Source: Methylophilaceae bacterium
GTDB lineage: Bacteria > Pseudomonadota > Gammaproteobacteria > Burkholderiales > Methylophilaceae
DNA: 64,000 nucleotides
Direction of reading: 5' to 3'
Assembly: GCA_029244935.1 (NCBI GenBank)
Contig: JAQWQF010000011.1
Coordinates: 1,650 to 65,649, forward strand
The notes beneath the pieces are model-generated. The model did not search any database. It was not told where the DNA came from and saw only the letters and a program-made list of their open reading frames with translations. Positions 52,783-63,297 of the stretch are shown here, one piece after another (position 1 is the first letter of the stretch; each line of letters begins with the position of its first letter). The translations under genes and the position numbers were made by a program.

Positions 52783-53070
52783 TTATTCAATGACTTGAGG
52801 AACAATAAATAAGTATTCTTCAGTTTCAGGAGCTAATGGCAATATATTTTTTCTTAAGTCAGATTCTGTAACCTCATCTTTTCTTAGTGGCTGAGAAATA
52901 TCTAGTGCATGAGACATGGGCTCAATGTTCGCAGTATCCACTGTTTGCATCTTGTCAATCAATGACATGATTCCAACCAACTTATTTTCTAATTTTTGAG
53001 ATTCTTCTTGAGAAATATTAATTCGAGCAAGATGTGCAATTTTTTCTATGTCTTTTTTTCTAATAGTCAT
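52783..53070 (-). CDS. gatC: Asp/Glu-tRNA amidotransferase subunit C
   Basis: 95 aa. [13 protein letters not shown]...MQTVDT...LRKDEV is typical of GatC, and it is first in gatCAB. Confidence 0.93.
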   Translation of the reverse strand: MTIRKKDIEKIAHLARINISQEESQKLENKLVGIMSLIDKMQTVDTANIEPMSHALDISQPLRKDEVTESDLRKNILPLAPETEEYLFIVPQVIE

Positions 53071-53174
53071 AATAATAATATAGCGGTATAGTGATTAAAT
53101 TCGATTAATCAGTTATTATACATTGCTTTAATGATGACACTATTAACGACAATTTAGACAGTAAAAAAGAAAAA

Positions 53175-54239
53175 ATGGCCAACCGCATCAGTAATGTATT
53201 CAATAAATTTGTAGATAATGACATAGCAATAGATTTAGGTACTGCTAATACATTAATTTACCTCAAAGGTCAGGGCGTTGTTCTTGATGAGCCTTCTGTG
53301 GTTGCAGTAAGATATGAGGATGGCCCTGGTGGAGCTCAATCCAAGAAAACACTGCTTGCAGTTGGGGCCGCAGCTAAAACTATGTTGGGGCGATCACCTC
53401 AAAATATTCAGGCAACAAGGCCTATGAAAGACGGAGTAATTGCTGACTTCAATATTACCGAAGATATGATCAAGTACTTTATTAGTAGAGTTCATAATAA
53501 TAATTGGTTTACTCCGAACCCAAGAATAGTTATTTGTGTTCCTTATGGTGCGACCCAGGTTGAAAGAAGAGCTATTAGAGAATCAGCAGAAAGGGCTGGA
53601 GCAAAACAAGTCTTTCTTATTGAGGAACCAATGGCAGCAGCCATAGGAGCAGGACTTCCTATTAATGAACCGACTGGCTCTATGGTTATTGATATTGGTG
53701 GCGGAACAACGGAGGTTGGTGTTATTTCCTTAGGCGGTATTGTTTATGCGAGCTCGGTAAGAGTTGGTGGTGATAAGATTGACCAATCTATTATTGATTA
53801 TTTCCGACGTAATTATGGAACCTTAATTTCCGAACCAACTGCTGAAAGAGTAAAACATAATATTGGTAGCGCTTTCCCAATGACTGAATTATTAGAAATG
53901 GAGATTACTGGAAGAAATTTGTCTGAAGGGTTGCCTAGAAAAATAACAGTAAGTAGCAATGAAATATTAGAAGCAATAAATGAACCTCTTAATGCAATTG
54001 TTGGCTCAGTTAAACATGCTTTAGAAGAAACACCTCCTGAGCTTGCTGCAGATATTTCAGAAACTGCAATGGTACTAACTGGCGGAGGAGCGATGTTAAA
54101 CAATCTTGATCGCCTTCTAATGGAAGAAACTGGTATGCCTGTTCTTATAGCAGAAAATCCACTCACATGTGTTGTGAGGGGATGCGGATTGACATTAGAC
54201 TCTCTAGACGCATTTAAAAATTCATTTTCTTATGATTAA
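53175..54239 (+). CDS. mreB: Rod shape-determining actin homologue MreB
   Basis: 354 aa with [40 protein letters not shown] and LTGGGA. Confidence 0.97.
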   Translation: MANRISNVFNKFVDNDIAIDLGTANTLIYLKGQGVVLDEPSVVAVRYEDGPGGAQSKKTLLAVGAAAKTMLGRSPQNIQATRPMKDGVIADFNITEDMIKYFISRVHNNNWFTPNPRIVICVPYGATQVERRAIRESAERAGAKQVFLIEEPMAAAIGAGLPINEPTGSMVIDIGGGTTEVGVISLGGIVYASSVRVGGDKIDQSIIDYFRRNYGTLISEPTAERVKHNIGSAFPMTELLEMEITGRNLSEGLPRKITVSSNEILEAINEPLNAIVGSVKHALEETPPELAADISETAMVLTGGGAMLNNLDRLLMEETGMPVLIAENPLTCVVRGCGLTLDSLDAFKNSFSYD

Positions 54240-55081
54240 TGAAGTCTTCAAAAAAAGAACTTAAGTTATTTAATAACGACCAATCGCCAATATTTGGTTT
54301 TATAATTTTACTATTAACCTCTTTAAGCTTAATGGGGCTTGATTACAGAAAAGGAATTCATCAAGAGATTAAAGAAAATAGTAATCATATAATTACACCA
54401 ATTATTTACGTTTTAAATTTACCTAAAAATATCAGCAGATCATTTGAAAATTTATTTAAAACAAAAGCACAGTTATCAAAAAAAAATCAGGAACTAGAAA
54501 AAAAGATTGCTGATTTATCTATTGAGAATCAAAAACTCGTTCTTATTGACCAAGAAAATATACAACTACGAAAATCAATAAAAATAGCAAATACTTTAGG
54601 TTTCGATTTTGTTGACGCCGAAATTATTTTACCAAGAATTAATAACGGTAAAGAAGTTATTACAGTCGATAAAGGCATTAATCATGGTATTAAGATAGGT
54701 CAGCCGGTCATTAATAACATAGGGCTAATAGGACAAATTATATTTGTTGGAAATTCTTATAGCGAAATTAATCCGATCACATCAAAAAAATATATAGTCC
54801 CTGCCATCTTTGAAAAAGCAACGGACAATATAATTATTAGAGGAAATGGAAACAAATATTTAGAGGTCTCAATGTTTCCTGCCCATAGACAAGTTAAGAT
54901 TGGGGACGTCTTAATGACATCAGGCATTGATAGTCTCTATCCTAAAGGTATTAAAATAGGAAAAATAATTAGAATTACTGCTAAGGCTAATAATCAATTT
55001 AACCAATTATTAATTGCTCCTTTCTCAGGTCCTCGAACTCACTCTCAGGTGAGAATAATTCTAGGAGAAAGAAATGATTAA
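54239..55081 (+). CDS. mreC: Rod shape-determining protein MreC
   Basis: 280 aa with an N-terminal anchor, the coiled coil (LSKKNQELEKKIADLSIENQKL) and a C-terminal beta domain (GLIGQI..., TSGIDSLYPKGIKIGKI). Its ATG overlaps the mreB stop (TAATG). Confidence 0.9.
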   Translation: MKSSKKELKLFNNDQSPIFGFIILLLTSLSLMGLDYRKGIHQEIKENSNHIITPIIYVLNLPKNISRSFENLFKTKAQLSKKNQELEKKIADLSIENQKLVLIDQENIQLRKSIKIANTLGFDFVDAEIILPRINNGKEVITVDKGINHGIKIGQPVINNIGLIGQIIFVGNSYSEINPITSKKYIVPAIFEKATDNIIIRGNGNKYLEVSMFPAHRQVKIGDVLMTSGIDSLYPKGIKIGKIIRITAKANNQFNQLLIAPFSGPRTHSQVRIILGERND

Positions 55082-55550
55082 AAAAAATAGGTTTATAACG
55101 GGCTTCATTCTTTTTTTGTTTACCCTATTAATATCACAGATCAATTTCCCCCTAGTAATCAACTCTTGGATTATGCCAGATTATTTTCTAGCATTATTTA
55201 CTGCCCTAATAGCAACACGATTCCTAAATATAAGTATATTTACATATTTCTTATTAGGTTTGATAGTTGATGTATTAGTAGGACAATTAATTGGGCAGTA
55301 CGGACTAGTGTTTGTTGTTATTTATTTCACAAGTTTTATATTAAATAAATATTTTCTTTTCAAGTCTCCAATAATGCAAGCTTCGCAGCATATATTTCTG
55401 ACTACAATCGGTCTAATTATTCTATTAATTTCATCCCTAAGTTATGAATTAAGCTTAAATATTGATTTATTTTTTATGAAATGGGTTGTTACTTGCCTTA
55501 TATGTCTTCTATTTCATAAGCTAATAAAACATTTGAACATTAAAAATTAA
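55074..55550 (+). CDS. mreD: Rod shape-determining protein MreD
   Basis: 158 aa and polytopic. Its position between mreC and mrdA supports the call, but sequence similarity is intrinsically weak for this family. Confidence 0.8.
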   Translation: MIKKNRFITGFILFLFTLLISQINFPLVINSWIMPDYFLALFTALIATRFLNISIFTYFLLGLIVDVLVGQLIGQYGLVFVVIYFTSFILNKYFLFKSPIMQASQHIFLTTIGLIILLISSLSYELSLNIDLFFMKWVVTCLICLLFHKLIKHLNIKN

Positions 55551-55555
55551 GGCTT

Positions 55556-57370
55556 ATGGATAAATACTACATAAAATTCATCTTAAGAAATCGTTTAAAT
55601 TTTATTACGTATTGTTTTTTAATATTTTTTCTTCTTCTTATTCTTCGTTTTTTTTATATTCAAATTCTGCAAAATAATTATTATTCAACTCAGGCCCTTA
55701 ATAATATTATCAAAATCGTTCCTATTGAACCTGCACGAGGATTAATCTTCGATAGAAATAATACAATTATTGCAGACAATAAATTAAGTTATAGCCTTGA
55801 AGTAATTCCAGAGAAAATTGAAAATCTAAGTGTGTTAATTAATAAATTAAGTAATGTAGTTACAATTGATAATTCCGACATCATAAAATATAAAAGAATT
55901 CTTAGTAAGAATCAATTTAGCCACACAATTCCAATTAAAAGCAACCTAACTAATGAAGAGTTGGCAGAATTTTCAACACACTCCTATCAATTTCCAAATG
56001 TAGAATTAAAAGAAACGTTAAAAAGATCCTACCCTCATGGTGCTTTAGGCGTTCATTATCTTGGTTATATCAATAGGATAAGTAAAAAAGATTTAATAAT
56101 TCTCGAAAAAGAACATAAGAAAAAAAATTATATTGGCACAGATCATATTGGTAAAGCTGGGGTTGAGTTTCAATATGAAAATGAATTACATGGAGTATCT
56201 GGATATAAACATATTGAAGTTAATTCGATGGGGAAAACTCTTAGAACTATAAAAAACTTCCCTGCTAAAGAGGGGAGAAATATTCATCTCACAATCGATC
56301 TAACAATGCAAAAAATTGCTGAAAAAGAATTTAAAAATAAAAAAGGAGCACTTGTAGCTATGGATCCCAATAACGGGGAAATTTTAGCCTATGTCAGTAT
56401 GCCCAACTATGACCCAAGTTTGTTTATTGATGGTATTAATCACAAAAGCTGGAATAAACTCAATAAATCTAAAGACAAACCACTTCTTGATCGTGCAATA
56501 AATGGCTTATATCCACCGGGGTCAACGTTAAAACCTTTTGTTGCAGTTGCTGGGCTAAAAAATCAATTAAGAATGCCTCCTTTTAAAATTAATGATCCTG
56601 GGTATTTTTATATTAATAATTCAAGACGTTTTAACGATTGGAAAATAGGAGGGCATGGAGAAGTAGATATTATTAAAGCTATATCGGTATCATGTGATAC
56701 TTTTTTTTATGGTCTAGCTATTGAACTTGGAATACCAAAGCTTAATAAGACTCTAGCTGATTTTGGATTTGGTATTAAAACGGGAGTTGATTTACCAAAT
56801 GAAAAGCCGGGACTGCTTGCTGATGCTAAATGGAAAAAAAAGAAATATAAAAAGAAATGGTATGTTGGGGAAACTGCCATCACGGGAATTGGACAAGGAT
56901 ATACACAGGTTACTCCGATGCAACTTGCATTAGCAACAAGTAAAATTGCATTTCCTAATAAATCTATTATTCCCCATATAAAACTTAATAGTCAGCACCT
57001 TAAACAAAACACTGGCCTTACTCCTCCTATTAATATTTCTGATCAAACTATTGAATGGGTCAAAAAAGGTATGGAAAATGTTACAGAAGATGGAGGTACT
57101 GCAGCATTTATTGGAAAAACTACTGCCTATAAAATAGCTGCTAAAACAGGCACTGCTCAAGTCTTTGGTTTAAAAAAAGGTGAAGTATACGACGAGAAAA
57201 AAGTTCCGGACCACCTTAAGGACCATGCTCTCTTTATCGCTTATGCTCCCGCCAAAAATCCTAAAATTACAGTTGCTGTAATTGTAGAAAATGGAGGCCA
57301 TGGAGGATCAACGGCTGGCCCAATTGCAAAAAAAATATTTGACTACTATTTAACTAGTGGATCCCGTTGA
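55556..57370 (+). CDS. mrdA: Penicillin-binding protein 2 (elongasome transpeptidase)
   Basis: 604 aa with an N-terminal anchor and a PBP dimer domain. The motifs are STLKP (SxxK), SCD (SxD variant) and KTGTAQ. Confidence 0.95.
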   Translation: MDKYYIKFILRNRLNFITYCFLIFFLLLILRFFYIQILQNNYYSTQALNNIIKIVPIEPARGLIFDRNNTIIADNKLSYSLEVIPEKIENLSVLINKLSNVVTIDNSDIIKYKRILSKNQFSHTIPIKSNLTNEELAEFSTHSYQFPNVELKETLKRSYPHGALGVHYLGYINRISKKDLIILEKEHKKKNYIGTDHIGKAGVEFQYENELHGVSGYKHIEVNSMGKTLRTIKNFPAKEGRNIHLTIDLTMQKIAEKEFKNKKGALVAMDPNNGEILAYVSMPNYDPSLFIDGINHKSWNKLNKSKDKPLLDRAINGLYPPGSTLKPFVAVAGLKNQLRMPPFKINDPGYFYINNSRRFNDWKIGGHGEVDIIKAISVSCDTFFYGLAIELGIPKLNKTLADFGFGIKTGVDLPNEKPGLLADAKWKKKKYKKKWYVGETAITGIGQGYTQVTPMQLALATSKIAFPNKSIIPHIKLNSQHLKQNTGLTPPINISDQTIEWVKKGMENVTEDGGTAAFIGKTTAYKIAAKTGTAQVFGLKKGEVYDEKKVPDHLKDHALFIAYAPAKNPKITVAVIVENGGHGGSTAGPIAKKIFDYYLTSGSR

Positions 57371-58467
57371 TGAATCTAAATACTATACAAAATTATATTT
57401 TTCATAAATTAGATCGGCCCCTTTTTGGAGCTCTTATTCTCATTCTGATAATTGGTTTAATTAATTTAATCAGCGCCAATCACCAAGATATTTCAAATAC
57501 TATATCTCATATAGTTAATATTATTATTGGAATCATATTTCTTTATGTAACTTGTAATATTCAGACAAGAACTATATTAGTTTTTGCCCCATGGACATAT
57601 TCAATAGGTATTTTTCTCCTAATTTATGTAAATCTTTTTGGTATTGAAAGTCATGGAGCGCAAAGATGGATTAACCTGGGAATTTTTAATTTACAGCCCT
57701 CCGAAATTTTAAAAATATCTCTTCCGCTTATGCTTGCATGGTTTTATCAGAAGTGTGCTTCTAAAATTAATTATAGAGTTCACTTTATAGCAGGACTATT
57801 AATATTTTTACCCTTTTATCTTGTTACAACCCAGCCTGATCTTGGAACATCTCTACTTATTTTATTTGGAGGACTAACTATTATATTTTTAGCCGGTCTC
57901 CCAACTAAATTTATAATAAGTAGTTTTATTGGTCTTCTTATCTCTTCACCTTTTATTTGGAACTCACTATTAAATTACCAAAAAGAAAGAATACTAAGTT
58001 TAATAGACCCTTTTTCTGATCCCTATGGAGCAGGCTATCACTCTATACAATCTATGATTGCAGTCGGACATGGAGGAATTTTTGGAAGGGGCTGGTTAAA
58101 TGGAGAGCAGACAAACTTACGATTCCTACCTGAAACTACAACAGACTTTGTCTTCTCGGTATTTAGTGAGGAATTTGGATTTTTTGGTGTTTTAGCAATC
58201 ATAAGTATCTATATATTTATGTTTTATCGATGTATGTGGATGGTCTCTAAAATGCAAGATACCTTCTCAAGATTAGCAGCAGCAGGACTTACAATTTCCT
58301 TATTTGTTAGTCTAATCGTTAATATAGGAATGATATCTGGGATATTGCCGGTAGTGGGGGTGCCGTTACCTTTTTTTAGTTACGGTGGCTCTTCAATGGT
58401 TGTATCATTAATCAGTATAGGTATCATAATGAATCTTTATTCTAATAAATCCTTAATTGCAAACTAA
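57367..58467 (+). CDS. rodA: Peptidoglycan glycosyltransferase RodA (SEDS)
   Basis: 366 aa and polytopic with QPSEILKISLPL, PDLGTS, LPETTTDFVFS and PLPFFSYGGSS. It uses a TTG start that overlaps the mrdA stop. Confidence 0.95.
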   Translation: MMNLNTIQNYIFHKLDRPLFGALILILIIGLINLISANHQDISNTISHIVNIIIGIIFLYVTCNIQTRTILVFAPWTYSIGIFLLIYVNLFGIESHGAQRWINLGIFNLQPSEILKISLPLMLAWFYQKCASKINYRVHFIAGLLIFLPFYLVTTQPDLGTSLLILFGGLTIIFLAGLPTKFIISSFIGLLISSPFIWNSLLNYQKERILSLIDPFSDPYGAGYHSIQSMIAVGHGGIFGRGWLNGEQTNLRFLPETTTDFVFSVFSEEFGFFGVLAIISIYIFMFYRCMWMVSKMQDTFSRLAAAGLTISLFVSLIVNIGMISGILPVVGVPLPFFSYGGSSMVVSLISIGIIMNLYSNKSLIAN

Positions 58468-59270
58468 TGATCAAACTAATTTATATTATTTTTATTTTTC
58501 TATTGGCAGGCTGTCAATCTATTCTTCCAGAAAAAACAAATAAATCTGAAGATAATTCTGGAGGGTATTACCTAGATGATGGGCCACATAAAAATATCCC
58601 TAAGGATTTAAATAAAATACCAAATGCAGTCCCAAAAAATGAAATCTTAAGTAGAACAGCTAACCGCCCATATTTAGTTTTTAAAAAGAAATATACTCCC
58701 ATGACAAAACTAGAACCTTATAGTGAGACTGGATATGCGTCTTGGTACGGTAAAAGATACCATGGTAATAAAACTTCCATTGGCGAAGTATATGATATGT
58801 ATCAAATGACAGGCGCTCATAAGACATTACCCCTGCCATGCTTTGTTAAAGTTACCAATCTTATCAACGAAAAATCAGTGATTATTAGGGTTAATGATCG
58901 GGGTCCTTTTGTTAAGAATCGCATCATAGACCTATCTTATGCAGCTGCTCATCGCCTTGAAATTATTAAAAAAGGTAGTGAGTTAGTTAGAGTCGAAGTT
59001 ATTAGTCCCCACTTTAATTCTGTTCACTATAAAAGCCTTCACACTTTTTATGTTCAGGCAGGGGCATTTTCCAATCAGCATAATGCGGCAAAATTACTTG
59101 ATCGAATAAGTAAAAAGAAAATTGAAAAAAAATTAAATAAGATAATTAAAAATGGGCCCCTTTATTCAGTTAGGCTTGGACCGTACTCATCTAGAGATAA
59201 GGCTAATGAAATTTCTAAATTTCTCTCTGAAGAATTAAGCCTAAATACTTTTGTTTTTATGGATAAATAA
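58467..59270 (+). CDS. rlpA: Septal ring lytic transglycosylase RlpA (DPBB + SPOR)
   Basis: 267 aa with the lipobox LLAGCQS, a DPBB domain (GYASWYGKRYHGNKTSIGEVYDMYQMTGAHKTLPLPCFVKVTNL...VNDRGPF) and a C-terminal SPOR-like domain (YVQAGAFSNQHNA). Confidence 0.92.
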   Translation: MIKLIYIIFIFLLAGCQSILPEKTNKSEDNSGGYYLDDGPHKNIPKDLNKIPNAVPKNEILSRTANRPYLVFKKKYTPMTKLEPYSETGYASWYGKRYHGNKTSIGEVYDMYQMTGAHKTLPLPCFVKVTNLINEKSVIIRVNDRGPFVKNRIIDLSYAAAHRLEIIKKGSELVRVEVISPHFNSVHYKSLHTFYVQAGAFSNQHNAAKLLDRISKKKIEKKLNKIIKNGPLYSVRLGPYSSRDKANEISKFLSEELSLNTFVFMDK

Positions 59271-59272
59271 TT

Positions 59273-59545
59273 ATGGCTCAAGATTTTTCAGAATCACTCA
59301 TTGAGTTTCCATGTCATTTTCCAATTAAAATTATCGGAGAAGCACATCAGGATTTCATTCAAGTTATTACTAAATTAATAAAAGAACATATCAATGATTT
59401 TGTTGAAAAAAAAATTGAGTCGAAAATGAGTAGTGAAGGCAAGTTTATTAGTTTAACCTGCACTGTTTATGTTACTTCAAAGCAACAATTAGATTCAATT
59501 TACAAAGATCTTTCTTCACATCCAATGACTAAATTTGTTCTATAG
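59273..59545 (+). CDS. ybeD: YbeD/DUF493 family protein
   Basis: 90 aa. IEFPCHFPIKIIG is the family signature. It lies upstream of lipB as in E. coli. Confidence 0.88.
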   Translation: MAQDFSESLIEFPCHFPIKIIGEAHQDFIQVITKLIKEHINDFVEKKIESKMSSEGKFISLTCTVYVTSKQQLDSIYKDLSSHPMTKFVL

Positions 59546-59550
59546 TTACT

Positions 59551-60147
59551 ATGGATATTTTCGTTAAACATCTTGGTCTGACAGACTACGAAAAGACCTG
59601 GAAAGACATGAAAGATTTTGTATCCGCTAATCCAGAGAATGATGAAATATGGGTAACTGAGCACCAACCAATTTTTACGACTGGCTTAAATAAAAAAAAC
59701 AGCTATGTCCCAGAAACAAATATTCCTCACCTCTTTGTTGATCGTGGAGGAAAGATTACTTACCATGGCCCTGGACAATTAATTATTTATTTACTAATTA
59801 ATTTAAGAAAGAATAATTTAAAAATACGACAACTTGTTGATATTATTGAAAAGTCTATTATTAAATTGCTTTCAATTTACAATATTAAAAATAGTTATTC
59901 AAAAAAAAATGCTCCGGGAGTTTATGTATCTGATAAAAAAATTGCATCAATAGGTATGCGAGTTAAAAATCATTACACATATCACGGACTAAGTCTGAAT
60001 ATAGACATGGACCTTTCTCCATTTAAGTTAATATCACCATGTGGTTTTGATGGACTTGAAATGACTCAAGTTTCAGCACTTAATAACGATTATAATGATG
60101 ATATTGGCAGCACTTTAGTTAAACTACTTCAACATAATATTAAATAA
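59551..60147 (+). CDS. lipB: Octanoyltransferase LipB
   Basis: 198 aa with [34 protein letters not shown] and PCG. Confidence 0.94.
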   Translation: MDIFVKHLGLTDYEKTWKDMKDFVSANPENDEIWVTEHQPIFTTGLNKKNSYVPETNIPHLFVDRGGKITYHGPGQLIIYLLINLRKNNLKIRQLVDIIEKSIIKLLSIYNIKNSYSKKNAPGVYVSDKKIASIGMRVKNHYTYHGLSLNIDMDLSPFKLISPCGFDGLEMTQVSALNNDYNDDIGSTLVKLLQHNIK

Positions 60148-60152
60148 GTATC

Positions 60153-61094
60153 ATGAGCAAAAATACTCAACATAGAAAAGAGATTGGGAAATCAAAAACG
60201 GCCAGGATACCTATAAAAATTATCCCTGCAGAAAAATTAAAGAAGCCAAACTGGATAAAAATGCAGCTGCCAAATGGACAAGAATTTTCACGAGTCAAAT
60301 CTTTACTAAGTAACAGTCAACTGAATACAGTTTGCGAGGAAGCAAGTTGCCCAAATATTGGGGAATGCTTTAGTCAGGGGACTGCTACATTTATGATCTT
60401 AGGCGATTTGTGTACGAGACGTTGTCCCTTTTGTGACGTAGCTCATGGAAGACCCTCAGCCCCAGATGTAAATGAACCAAAAAAACTTGCAACAACGATT
60501 AGACAACTTAATTTAAAATATGTGGTCATTACAAGCGTCGATAGAGATGACCTTAGAGATGGTGGGGCCCAACATTTTGTTGATTGCATTAAGGAAATAC
60601 GAAGATTAAATACTAATATCAGAATTGAAATCCTTGTACCGGATTTTAGAGGAAGAGAGATAAAAGCCTTAAACATAATTGCAACTGCCCCACCTGATGT
60701 TTTTAATCATAATCTTGAGACAATTCCAAGACTTTATAAGCAAGCAAGACCAGGTTCTGATTACAACCATTCACTTAAATTATTATTAGCCTTTAAAAAG
60801 AAATTTCCAGATATTGTTACTAAATCAGGTTTAATGTTAGGCCTGGGAGAGAGCCTAGAAGAAATTAATCAAGTTCTCATCGACCTAAAAAGGCATCAAA
60901 TCGACATGGTGACATTAGGTCAGTATTTACAGCCTACAGAGCATCATTTACCAGTTAAAAGATATGTTACTCCCCTAGAATTTGACCAGCTCAAGCAAAA
61001 GGGAGAATCTTTAGGATTTTCTTCAATAGCAAGTGGGCCTATGGTAAGAAGTAGCTATCATGCCGATACTCAATCACAAGATTTAATCATATGA
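60153..61094 (+). CDS. lipA: Lipoyl synthase (radical SAM)
   Basis: 313 aa with [12 protein letters not shown] and [10 protein letters not shown] clusters, plus SGLMLGLGE. Confidence 0.97.
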   Translation: MSKNTQHRKEIGKSKTARIPIKIIPAEKLKKPNWIKMQLPNGQEFSRVKSLLSNSQLNTVCEEASCPNIGECFSQGTATFMILGDLCTRRCPFCDVAHGRPSAPDVNEPKKLATTIRQLNLKYVVITSVDRDDLRDGGAQHFVDCIKEIRRLNTNIRIEILVPDFRGREIKALNIIATAPPDVFNHNLETIPRLYKQARPGSDYNHSLKLLLAFKKKFPDIVTKSGLMLGLGESLEEINQVLIDLKRHQIDMVTLGQYLQPTEHHLPVKRYVTPLEFDQLKQKGESLGFSSIASGPMVRSSYHADTQSQDLII

Positions 61095-62368
61095 TTCCTA
61101 CCCTTAAAGTCAAACCAAGCTCACAATTACTCAAGCTAGAAGATTATATTATTAACCATAGTTGTGATATCGAACTTTGGTTTAGGAATCAATGGAAAGA
61201 ATATCAACCTCCTTTCTATGCATCGGTAGATCTTAGAAATTCGGGATTCAAACTTGCTCCAGTTGATACAAATCTATTCCCAGCAGGATTCAATAATCTT
61301 TGTGATACTTTTCTACCATTATCTATTCAGGCAGCATCAATTGCTATAGAAAAGATATGTCCCGAAGCAAAGAAAGTTATGATTATTGTAGAAAGTCATA
61401 CTCGAAATATCTTTTATCTCAAAAACATATATGCATTATCAGAAATTATTAAAAATTCTGGTCTTGAAGTTAAAATAGGAACACTAGATCCTGAAATTAG
61501 TGAGAGTTTTTTTCTAAAAATTAAAAAAAACCTATCAATTAAAATAGAGCCAATTACTCGTAATGGAAATAATGTATCAATTAAGGTTGATAATAAAAAC
61601 TTCTATCAACCTTGTGCGATTATATTGAACAACGATCTTTCTGGAGGTGAACCAGAAATTTTAAAGGGTATAACCCAAAATGTAATTCCTCCCCTGAGAG
61701 CAGGTTGGCATAAACGAAAAAAAAGTGATCATTTTACTCAATATAATAAAGTCGTTAGTGAATTCTCACAATTTACTAATATTGATTCTTGGCTAATTAA
61801 TCCATATTTTGAAAAATTAGATAATTTAAATTTTCAAGAAAGAAAAGGTGAGAATGAATTAGCTTCAATAGTCTCTAATATGCTTCAAAATATAAGTAAA
61901 AAATATAAAGAATATAATATTACACAGGAGCCCTATGTAGTCGTAAAAGCAAATTCTGGAACCTATGGAATGGGTATTATGATTATTAAGAACAGCGAAG
62001 ATGTATTAAATCTTAATCGTAAAATACGAAAAAAAATGTCTGTTATAAAAGGAGGGGAAGTTGTTACCGAAGTTATCATTCAGGAAGGCATTCATACGGA
62101 GGAGACAATTGAAGAATCAGTTGCTGAACCAGTTATTTATATGATCGATCGTTTTGTTGTTGGAGGCTTTTTCCGGGTTCATACGACTAAAGAGAAAGAT
62201 GAAAATCTTAATTCTCCAGGCATGCACTTTATACCCCAACCATTTGAAACCTCTTGTATTATGCCTGACCAAGGTAGACCATGTGATGATGAAGCAAATC
62301 GTTTCTATGCTTATGGTGTGATTGCAAGGCTAGCCTTAATTGCAGCATCAAGAGAGTTACAGGAATAA
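61091..62368 (+). CDS. gshA: Glutamate--cysteine ligase, short beta-proteobacterial/Acidithiobacillus-type family
   Basis: 425 aa. From memory, its length and overall sequence ([28 protein letters not shown] ... [13 protein letters not shown]) match the ~430-aa GshA family that sits directly upstream of gshB in betaproteobacteria. It overlaps lipA by 4 nt. Confidence 0.8.
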   Translation: MIPTLKVKPSSQLLKLEDYIINHSCDIELWFRNQWKEYQPPFYASVDLRNSGFKLAPVDTNLFPAGFNNLCDTFLPLSIQAASIAIEKICPEAKKVMIIVESHTRNIFYLKNIYALSEIIKNSGLEVKIGTLDPEISESFFLKIKKNLSIKIEPITRNGNNVSIKVDNKNFYQPCAIILNNDLSGGEPEILKGITQNVIPPLRAGWHKRKKSDHFTQYNKVVSEFSQFTNIDSWLINPYFEKLDNLNFQERKGENELASIVSNMLQNISKKYKEYNITQEPYVVVKANSGTYGMGIMIIKNSEDVLNLNRKIRKKMSVIKGGEVVTEVIIQEGIHTEETIEESVAEPVIYMIDRFVVGGFFRVHTTKEKDENLNSPGMHFIPQPFETSCIMPDQGRPCDDEANRFYAYGVIARLALIAASRELQE

Positions 62369-62373
62369 ATATC

Positions 62374-63297
62374 ATGAATTATCTATTTATAATCGATCCA
62401 ACTAACAGTTTAGTCTTATATAAGGATACTACCGTCATTTTGATGAAAGAATGCTTACGTCAAAATATTAATATTTTTTATTCAACTATTGATGCAATAT
62501 CAATTGACTCGAAAATGAATATTGAAGTCGAATATCATAAAATTAAATCAATAAATGAATCTATAACTTCTAATAATATGACAAAAAGTAATATTCAATA
62601 CTTTAATAAAATATTTATAAGAAAAGATCCTCCATTCGACACTTCATATCTAAACCTAACTTATATCCTTGATCACTTAAAGTCTAATGATATTAAAATT
62701 TTTAATAATCCCTCATCTATAAGAAGCCATAACGAAAAATTATCGATTCTGCAATTTAATGATTTGATCACCCCTTCTCTTGTTACGAGTTCTTTCTCTG
62801 CTATTAAAGAATTTATTTCTAAATATAAAAAAGTAATTTTAAAACCATTGGATGGCATGGCTGGAAATGGAATTTTTATGGTTACAAATAAGGATAAAAA
62901 TTTAAATGCTATCCTGGAAACAATGATTAATGATTCTCATCATTTAATTATGGCGCAAAAATTTATTCCGGAAATCTCAGAGGGGGATACTAGGATTATT
63001 TTAATAAATGGAGAGCCCTTGCCATATGGTTTAACTAGAATTCCAAAGTCTGATGAAATAAGAGCAAATTTAGCAAAAGGTGGTTCCGGAATAATAAGAA
63101 AAATTAATAAAAATGATAAGGTCATTATCAACAGAATTAAGCCTTATTTACTTGAAAAAAATCTTAATTTTGTTGGAATAGATATTATTGGTTCTTATCT
63201 CACAGAGATAAATGTAACTAGTCCTACTGGTCTAGTAGAAATTCAAGATCAATCTAATATTAATTATGCCGAATTTGTAATCAATGCACTTCAATAA
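62374..63297 (+). CDS. gshB: Glutathione synthetase (ATP-grasp)
   Basis: 307 aa with FIRKDPPFD, NEKL, ILKPLDGMAGNGIF, GDTRIILING and EINVTSPTG. Confidence 0.93.
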   Translation: MNYLFIIDPTNSLVLYKDTTVILMKECLRQNINIFYSTIDAISIDSKMNIEVEYHKIKSINESITSNNMTKSNIQYFNKIFIRKDPPFDTSYLNLTYILDHLKSNDIKIFNNPSSIRSHNEKLSILQFNDLITPSLVTSSFSAIKEFISKYKKVILKPLDGMAGNGIFMVTNKDKNLNAILETMINDSHHLIMAQKFIPEISEGDTRIILINGEPLPYGLTRIPKSDEIRANLAKGGSGIIRKINKNDKVIINRIKPYLLEKNLNFVGIDIIGSYLTEINVTSPTGLVEIQDQSNINYAEFVINALQ

